35,643 bases of DNA from Macrostomum lignano (Eukaryota): positions 1 to 35,643 of the forward strand of contig NIVC01004763.1 of the NCBI GenBank assembly GCA_002269645.1. The letters are read 5' to 3'. The translations under genes were made by a program, and so were the position numbers. Shown in pieces: positions 27,282 through 35,643 of this stretch (its first letter is position 1; every line of letters begins with the position of its first letter). The notes beneath the pieces are model-generated. The model was given only the letters and a program-made list of their open reading frames with translations. It did no database searches and was not told the DNA's origin.

Positions 27282-28866
27282 CACCCCACTCCGTCTCTCT
27301 AACCCCTTGGGTACTCTACACTCGCCCACCCCACTTCGTCTCTCTAACCTCTTGCGTACTCTACAGTCGCCCACCCCACTTCGTCTCTCTAACCCCTTGC
27401 GTACTCTACAGCCGCCCACCCCACTCCGCCTCTCTAACCCCTTGCGCACTCTACAGCCACCCACCCCACTCCGCCTCTCTAACCCCTTGCGTACTCTACA
27501 GCCACCCACCCCACTCCGCTTCTCTAACCCCTTGCGTACTCTACAGCCGCCCACTCCACTCCGCCTCTCTAACCCCTTGCGTACTCTACAGCCGCCCATC
27601 CCACTCCGCCTCTCTAACCCCTTGCACACTCTACAGCCACCCACCCCACTCCGCCTCTCTAACCCCTTGCGTACTCTACAGCCACCCACTCCACTCCGCT
27701 TCTCTAACCCCTTGCGCACTCTACAGCCACCCACCCCACTCCGCCTCTCTGACCCCTTGCGTACTCTACAGCCGCCCACTCCACTCCGCCTCTCTAACCC
27801 CCTGCGTACTCTACAGCCGCCCATCCCCACTTCGCCTCTAGCCCTTGCGTACTCTACAGTCGCCCATCCCCACTTCGCCTCTAGCCCCTTGCGTACTCTA
27901 CAGTAGCCCATCCCCACTCCGCCTCTCTAACCCCTTGCGCACTCTACAGCCACCCACCCCACTCCGCTTCTCTAACTCTTGCGCACTCTACAGCCACCCA
28001 CCCCACTCCGCCTCTCTGACCCCTTGCGTACTCTACAGCCGCCCACTCCACTCCGCCTCTCTAACCCCCTGCGTACTCTACAGCCGCCCATCCCCACTTC
28101 GCCTCTAGCCCCTTGCGTACTCTACAGTCGCCCATCCCCACTTCGCCTCTAGCCCCTTGCGTACTCTACAGTAGCCCATCCCCACTCCGCCTCTCTAACC
28201 CCTTGCGCACTCTACAGCCACCCACCCCACTCCGCTTCTCTAACCCCTTGCGCACTCTACAGCCACCCACCCCACTCCGCCTCTCTAACCCCTTGCGTAC
28301 TCTACAGCCACCCACCCCACTCCGCCTCTCTAACCCCTTGCACACTCTACAGCCACCCACCCCACTCCGCCTCTCTAACCCCTTGCGTACTCTACAGCCA
28401 CCCACTCCACTCCGCTTCTCTAACCCCTTGCGCACTCTACAGCCACCCACCCCACTCCGCCTCTCTGACCCTTGCGTACTCTACAGCCGCCCACTCCACT
28501 CCGCCTCTCTAACCCCCTGCGTACTCTACAGCCGCCCATCCCCACTTCGCCTCTAGCCCCTTGCGTACTCTACAGTCGCCCATCCCCACTTCGCCTCTAG
28601 CCCCTTGCGTACTCTACAGTAGCCCATCCCCACTCCGCCTCTCTAACCCCTTGCGCACTCTACAGCCACCCACCCCACTCCGCTTCTCTAACCCCTTGCG
28701 CACTCTACAGCCACCCACCCCACTCCGCCTCTCTGACCCCTTGCGCACTCTACAGCCACCCACCCACTCCGCCTCTCTGACCCCTTGCGTACTCTACAGC
28801 CGCCCACTCCACTCCGCCTCTCTAACCCCCTGCGTACTCTACAGCCGCCCACCCCACTCCGCCTCA
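27282..28866. repeat. 42-bp C-rich minisatellite, about 38 copies, with higher-order blocks
   Basis: Unit CCCCACTCCGCCTCTCTAACCCCTTGCGTACTCTACAGCC(A/G)C(C). A block of variant units (CATCCCCACTTCGCCTCTAGCCCC) recurs near 27820, 28090 and 28535. Confidence 0.97.
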
Positions 28867-29532
28867 ACCATTTTCGCCACTTATTGATCATGGCTAGCTC
28901 GTAACAGTGCAAATTTCCTTGTTCATTTTTCAAGGCTACGCAATCGATCGTAGCGGGGCTAAAGTCCGAAATCTGGCCCAATTTGCCAGCAAGTTCGATC
29001 CTCGCATTATTTTCATGCAACATCTTGCTGCTTTCGATATTTATTGTTCGTTTCTTTTTTTCTAATCATTTTCTAGTTTAGCAGACCGCTGTTCATTGTT
29101 GTACTTTAAAAATGAGTTTCGAATAAAAATTTTCGATAACATTTTTGACTAATTTTGTTAGTTATCGACCGAAGCTTCTAGTACTTTTAGTCAGTATGAC
29201 CTCGCCACACCTGTTTTTGGCACATGCCTTTTGCTGTGTACACCTGTCGCTTTTGATCGCATTATGTTTGTGTGTGGGTGTGGTAGCTTTTTACCCGTGT
29301 TTTTTAGTCATATCCTACAGCAGGCATATCAACCAGTATTAGTTTGCAGTATTAGACAGTCGCGCATGCAGTGCATCTACTTGCTTACCCGTCTATACTG
29401 TAGTTTGTGGCCTTGCTTATTCTTTTCTTCCGGTTTCCTATCAGAACAATAAAACCTTTCTTTACCCGAAGATTCTGCCGCTTTTTTGCTCATAGGCTTT
29501 GCGTTTTTATTCGCGATTACAGTGAAATAGAC

Positions 29533-30163
<631 letters not shown>

Positions 30164-30165
30164 AG

Positions 30166-33100
30166 AATTCAGCAAGTCAGTATTCTCAGTTCCGAAGTTA
30201 ATGTCAATGCTCCCACAGCTCTAGCATTTAACGGTCCCGTCTATTTTCCAGCTGGTCAGATTCATTGCACCGCCGAGCTCCCCAGCGTCAGAGTGAGTAG
30301 ACAACAGCCCGACAGCACGGAGAGGAGAATCGCAGGACTCCGCCACCGCCTGATGCTCTTAATCAGCAGCAGTGGCAGCCGCCCAGCTCAGCCAGGCAGC
30401 GGCGGCCCAGCCGCAGCGACGGCGCGCCAGCGGAAAGCCGACGCAAATCTGCCTCGGAGAAAGCGTCAGACGAATCATCAGAGGTCATCAGGACTGATGT
30501 TTCAGGAGTGGTGAGCATGTTACGCGAGTACCCGCAGTCAGGTGAACAAGCCGCCCGGACTCGCTGCCCGCAGTCAGCGGATCAGCTTGAAGCCAACGCC
30601 GCGCGAGGACGCCGCCCTCGCGACGCGACAACGACGACAATGACGATGAGGACGACGACGAAGAAGACGACGGAGATTATGTTGTGGCCGAGGACGAGGA
30701 GGACGACAAAGACGACGAAGAAGAAGACGAAGATGAAGACGATGACGTCACTGTCGCAAATAAGTGCGGCGACAAAGACTTGCCAGCGACACCTGTCTCC
30801 GCTGCCGCCGACGACGACGCCGTCGCCGCCTCTGCGACCTACGCAACTCGTTCGCGCTGTCCGATTCCGGACTTCTCTTGGGAGAAATACGAAGAGGCCA
30901 TACTGAAGAGCGACTTCTATTTGGGCGACTTTGCTGTGAGCGTCTCTGGGTCTTTGAGAGGCCAATGTTCAGAACCTAGTGTCCCATCCTGAGGATCACC
31001 TGACAGGATCAAATAGGCGGTGTCCCATCCTGGGGATCACCTGACAGGATCAAATAGGCAGTGTCCCATCCTGGGATCACCTGACAGGATCAAATGTCCA
31101 GCTTCAGAATCAGGTGTCCCATCCTGGGGATCACCTGACAGGATCAAATAGGCGGTGTCCCATCCTGGGGATCACCTGACAGCATCAGATAGGCGGTGTC
31201 CCATCCTGGGATCACCTGACAGGATAAAATAGGCGGTGTCTCATCCTGGGGATCACCTGATAGGATCAAATAGGCGGTGTCCCATCCTGGGGATCACCTG
31301 ACAGCATCAGATAGGCGGTGGCCCATCCTGGGGATCACCTGACAGCATCAGATAGGCGGTGTCCCATCCTGGGGATCACCTGACAGGATCAAATAGGCGG
31401 TGTCCCATCCTGGGGATCACCTGACAGGATCAAATAGGCGGTGTCCCATCCTGGGGATCACCTGACAGCATCAGATAGGCGGTGGCCCATCCTGGGGATC
31501 ACCTGACAGCATCAGATAGGCGGTGTCCCATCCTGGGGATCACCTGACAGGATCAAATAGGCGGTGTCCCATCCTGGGGATCACCTGACAGGATCAGATA
31601 GGCGGTGTCCCATCCTGGGGATCACCTGACAGGATCAAATGTCCAGCTCCAGAATCAGGTGTCCCATCTTAAGGATCATCGCATTTCATCCAGCTCGACG
31701 ACGTGGACTTGGATGCCGATGCAGTGTCGGCTTCGATTCAGCCGTCCAGTCAGTCGCAGACGCAGCAGCAGCAGCCGCCGCCTCTGCTCTCGACGCCGCC
31801 GCCAAGCGGCGCGCCGTTGGACGACATCGGCGCGGTCAAAGCCGAGGACGCCGCCATCTTTGATGAGGACGACGTGGAGTTTCGTAATTTCCTACGCGAC
31901 ATCTATCTGGACCGCATCGAGGTGGCCGACCCGCCCAATGAGGCCGAGGAGGACGCCGATTTTAACGTGATGGCCGAGCCGGAGGAGGCGTACCAGGAGG
32001 ACTTCGTTGAGGATCTGCGCTACAACCGGGCGTCTAGGATTCCCAAGCGGGAGGTTCGGGATTTGCTTGACGAGATTTGCAGCGACCTGGTGAGCTGGAC
32101 GCGAACTGAACTTGGGATGGGGTAGGTGGATTGCTAGTCTAGTCTATTTTAAAAGAATTATAGTGGATTGCTAATCTAGCCAACTTAAAGAAATATTGAT
32201 TGCTGGGGTTGCTAGTCTAGCCATCTCTTAGAGAGGTATCATGTATTGCTAGCCTATCCAACTTGTAAGGATACAATGGATTGCTAGCCTATCCAACTTG
32301 TAAGGATACAATGGATTGCTAGCCTATCCAACTTGTAAGGATACAATGGATTGCTAGCCTATCCAACTTGTAAGGATACAATGGATTGCTAGCCTAGCCA
32401 ACTTGTAAGGATACGATGGATTGCTAGCCAACTTGTAAGGATATAATGGATTGCTAGTCTAGCCAACTTGTAAGGATATAATGGATTGCTAGCCTAGCCG
32501 ACTTGTAAGGATATAATGGATTGCTAGACTAGCCAACTTGTAAGGATACAATGGATTGCTAGCCAACTTGTAAGGATATAATGGATTGCTAGCCTAGCCG
32601 ACTTGTAAGGATATAATGGATTGCTAGCCAACTTGTAAGGATATAATGGATTGCTAGCCTAGCCAACTTGTAAGGATATAATGGATTGCTAGCCTAGCCA
32701 ACTTGTAAGGATACAATGGATTGCTAGCCTACCTGCGCCACTCGCACTAGCTCCTCAAGCCTCTCTCATCCCCTCTTCCCCAACAGTTCGACTCGCAGCT
32801 GTCCGCCGGCCGCCATCTCCAGCAGCAGGCCGGCGCGTCCTCCCGCCCCAGCCGCTGTCCCAGGACGATCAGGAGGAGGCGACAGCCGAACCGGAGTGTT
32901 TGCTGCAGCCCTGCGCGGTGGAAGACCTCAGCCAGGAGCAGCGAGTGGAGCTGAGAAAGCAGCTCACAATGTACGTGCAGCTGTTATGCACCATGCGCAT
33001 CACCTGCCATCAGCAGTCGCCTGAGCTGGCCGACTCGGCTAAGGTGCATCTCAACGAATTAAAGCTGCTAGCCGATGCTTACGAAGCCGCTAATCCGGCG

Positions 33101-35643
33101 AGTACTTCGATCCTGCGCGTGCCAATCTCGATGGCGCCGTTTCGCTGGCTGACAATTTTGCCGGGCTCAGCGACACCGATCTGCTAGTGTGCTACAGCCG
33201 CCCCAGTCGCTCCCTGAGCTCCGGTCCGACTGTACAGCTGATGAATTAGCGGAATCTACTTATCTAATGCCGCCTCAGCTGTGCAACCTGTTCCTGACCT
33301 CTTCCGTGTTCCCCTACGCCCAGCTGTTCCCGCCCGGCATGTCCGCCTCTGTTTGCCGGTCAAAGCGGACCGTCTTCACGCCTAGCGAGGACCGCCTGCT
33401 GCTGCTCGGCCTCACTCAGTTCGGTCATCGAAGAGACGTGTTCCAACTGATTAGCAAGTACACCATGCCCTGGCGCAGCCAGGTTGCTATCAGCGCCAGG
33501 TGTGTCTATTTGAGCAAGCTGCAATCTTTGCTGTTTAGAGATTCGCTCTGTCCGGCTCGAGTGCTGACCAGGTGAGAATTATCTTATAGAATCAGATATA
33601 ATCATTGGTAGGACCATTATCAGTGGGATCAATGTCTATGGGATCAATTTCTATGGGATCAGGACCTGTGGGATCAGGATCTGTGGGATCAATGTCTATT
33701 GGATCAGAATCTGTGGGATCAGGATCTGTGGGATCAGGATCTGTGGAATCAGGATCTGTGGGATCAGGATCTGTGGTATCAGGATCTGTGGGATCAGAAT
33801 CTGTGAAATCAATGTCTATGGGATCAGAATCTGTGGGATCAGAGTCTGTGGGATCAATGTCTATGGGATCAGAATCTGTGGGATCAATTTCTATGGGATC
33901 AGAATCTGTGGGATCAATTTCTATGGGATCAGAATCTGTGGGATCAATGTCTATGGGATCAGAGTCTGTGGGATCAATGTCTATGGGATCAGAGTCTGTG
34001 GATCAATGTCTATGGGATCAGAGTCTGTGGGATCAATGTCTATGGGATCAGAATCTGTGGGATCAATGTCTATTGGATCAGAATCTGTGGGATCAGGATC
34101 TGTGGAATCAGGATCTGTGGGATCAGGATCTGTGGTATCAGGATCTGTGGGATCAGAATCTGTGGAATCAATGTCTATGGGATCAGAATCTGTGGGATCA
34201 GAATCTGTGGGATCAATTTCTATGGATCAGAATCTGTGGGATCAATTTCTATGGGATCAGAATCTGTGGGATCAATGTCTATGGGATCAGAGTCTGTGGG
34301 ATCAATGTCTATGGGATCAGAATCTGTGGGATCAATGTCTATGGGATCAGAATCTGTGGAATCAATGTCTATGGAATACCTTTGAGATCAAAATGAGTCA
34401 CTGGGATCAAAAGAATCCACGCCAACTCAAACCCGAACAGATCCCTGATTATCAGCTGCCTACGCCGGCGACAGCACCTGCTCTCAGCCGCATCCCAGCC
34501 CCAAGCGGGCAAGTCCGCGGCCCCAAGCTCACCGCCGCCCGACTCTAAGCAGTCTGAGCCGGACTCAATCGATTTGAACTTTTGCCAATCCAACTGGATC
34601 AACTCCGTGCCGATTCTAACCGACTGCGTGCTGGACCGACCAGCCGACTGGTGCCACCTACCGCAGCTGTTCGCCAGCACCTGCTGCTTGAGCGGCCCCG
34701 CCTTCGCGGCCAGCTGCTGAAACCAACGGAGCCGAACCCGCTGGAGCGGGACACCGCCAATGATCAGGCTAACAAGCTGTTCAAACGCTGCCGGATACTG
34801 TTTAAAGATATGCGACACGAACGGCTGCTAGGCGTGCGACTGCTCTGGCGCGATCCTCAGATGGCCGCGGTTGTTCCGGCGTCGTTGAATCCGCCGCCGC
34901 AGTCGCTGCAGCGCCGACGCCGCGGTCCGAAGAGGCGGCGGGTTTCCGGCCACCCTATGACCATTCGGCAGGCCCTGCTGGCCAGCGGTCGCCGGCCGCA
35001 CGACCGCTCGCCGACTCGACTGCTGATGCCACGGATTTCGTCCGTGTCGGGCTCGCAGCAGCCGCAGCCCAGCTGCCCTCCCCGCCCATCTTAGACACGC
35101 TTCTGCAGAGTGCGCCAATCAGGTTAAGAAGAAAGTCAAAGACTACTTGCTGAGTAGAATGCGGATGAAGTCGGGCAATTTCTCTTCATCTGACATGCCG
35201 CCGCAGCCTCCGCCACAGCCTCCACCGCCGCGCCGCCGCGCCACGCCTGCCGTCATGGCGAAATCCTGCCGCTTAATTCTACCAAGCCTCCGTCTGTGCA
35301 GGCGTCTACCGCCGACACTTGTCAAATTGCGTCGGATTTGATCCTGTCCGAGCTGCGCTCCCGGCGCAGGATCAGCAGGTACAGCAGCAGCAGCAGCAGC
35401 AGGATATGCCAGCCCTAGTTCTAGCCCTGCAGTCGTCGCAAGCGTCATCGGCGTCTTCATCGTTGTTGTCGTTTCTATCAGGTCTGCAGGCGACCAACTG
35501 CCATGGAGACGTCGATTAGTCCGCCGGCCGGCTGCAACGCCGACCTTCCGACCGACGACGCTATTACCATGGCGGCGCCAGCCGCGGCGGCTGACGACTA
35601 TCAGATTCAGTCGCCGTTGCCGCCGCCTCCAGTCGTCGATCGC
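30166..35643 (+). CDS. GON4L: GON-4-like transcriptional regulator (multiple 1-nt frameshifts; 3' end beyond window)
   Basis: Exons about 30166-30935, 31694-32089, 32787-33571 and 34441 to the window end. An acidic D/E tract precedes EEDADFNVMAE...EDLRYNRASRIPKREVRDLLDEI, QRVELRKQLTMYVQLL, LFLTSSVFPYAQLFP and FTPSEDRLLLLGLTQFG...LISKY, which match conserved GON4L blocks. Missing bases are needed near 30320, 30626, 32845, 33120, 33200-33245, 34700 and further 3'. A candidate first exon ATGGCTAGCTC|GTAAC at 28890-28900 is phase-compatible but uncertain. Confidence 0.8.
30979..31672. repeat. 41-bp minisatellite in a GON4L-like intron
   Basis: Unit GGTGTCCCATCCTGGGGATCACCTGACAGGATCAAATAGGC, about 16 copies. 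Confidence 0.96.
32128..32731. repeat. 35-bp (and 30-bp variant) minisatellite in a GON4L-like intron
   Basis: Unit GGATTGCTAGCCTA(T/G)CCAACTTGTAAGGATA(C/T)AAT; 14 core copies plus degenerate copies on the left. Confidence 0.95.
33615..34410. repeat. 15-bp-unit minisatellite in a GON4L-like intron
   Basis: Alternating variants GAATCTGTGGGATCA, GGATCTGTGGGATCA and ATGTCTATGGGATCA. A block with rare variants (ATTGG, GGAAT, GGTAT) is duplicated at about 33693 and 34068. Confidence 0.95.

Noticed and set aside
27300-28850. Interstitial telomeric repeat (CTAACCCC)
   Set aside because: Only one such motif per 42-bp unit, never in tandem.
27267-29023. PLRLSNPLRTLQPPT and GVGGCRVRKGLERRS repeat proteins
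   Set aside because: The 42-bp period is a multiple of 3; indels break the frame repeatedly and there is no splice or start context.
33605-34548. GSGSV/GSMSM silk- or antifreeze-like ORFs
   Set aside because: They lie inside a phase-consistent GON4L-like intron (33572-34440) and come from a 15-bp repeat.

Overview
Animal (eukaryotic) genomic DNA with GT-AG introns; the GC-rich exons and minisatellite-filled introns resemble a Macrostomum-like flatworm (inference only). Minus strand: a frameshifted 7TM/GPCR-like gene running off the left edge, an intact 3-exon NAD-isocitrate dehydrogenase gamma subunit gene (IDH3G) and a 4-exon zf-CW + PWWP gene (ZCWPW1-like). Plus strand: an intact 6-exon TRIC channel gene (TMEM38) and a GON4L-like gene running off the right edge. 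The two gene pairs diverge from a ~13 kb very AT-rich, CpG-poor valley (about 11050-24150). The valley holds a 1060-bp foldback P-type element (295-bp TIRs, 8-bp TSD), a 5'-truncated APE-RT-RNaseH LINE (12-bp TSD, (TAAG)n tail), a 38-bp P-like palindrome, and a 1166-bp P element (24-bp TIRs, 8-bp TSD) that keeps only the last transposase exon. Many introns and intergenic gaps are filled by different tandem repeats, and these produce most of the long ORFs in the ORF track. Several genes carry 1-nt frameshifts without nonsense codons, most simply explained as long-read consensus errors. All homology calls are from motif recognition, not database searches.
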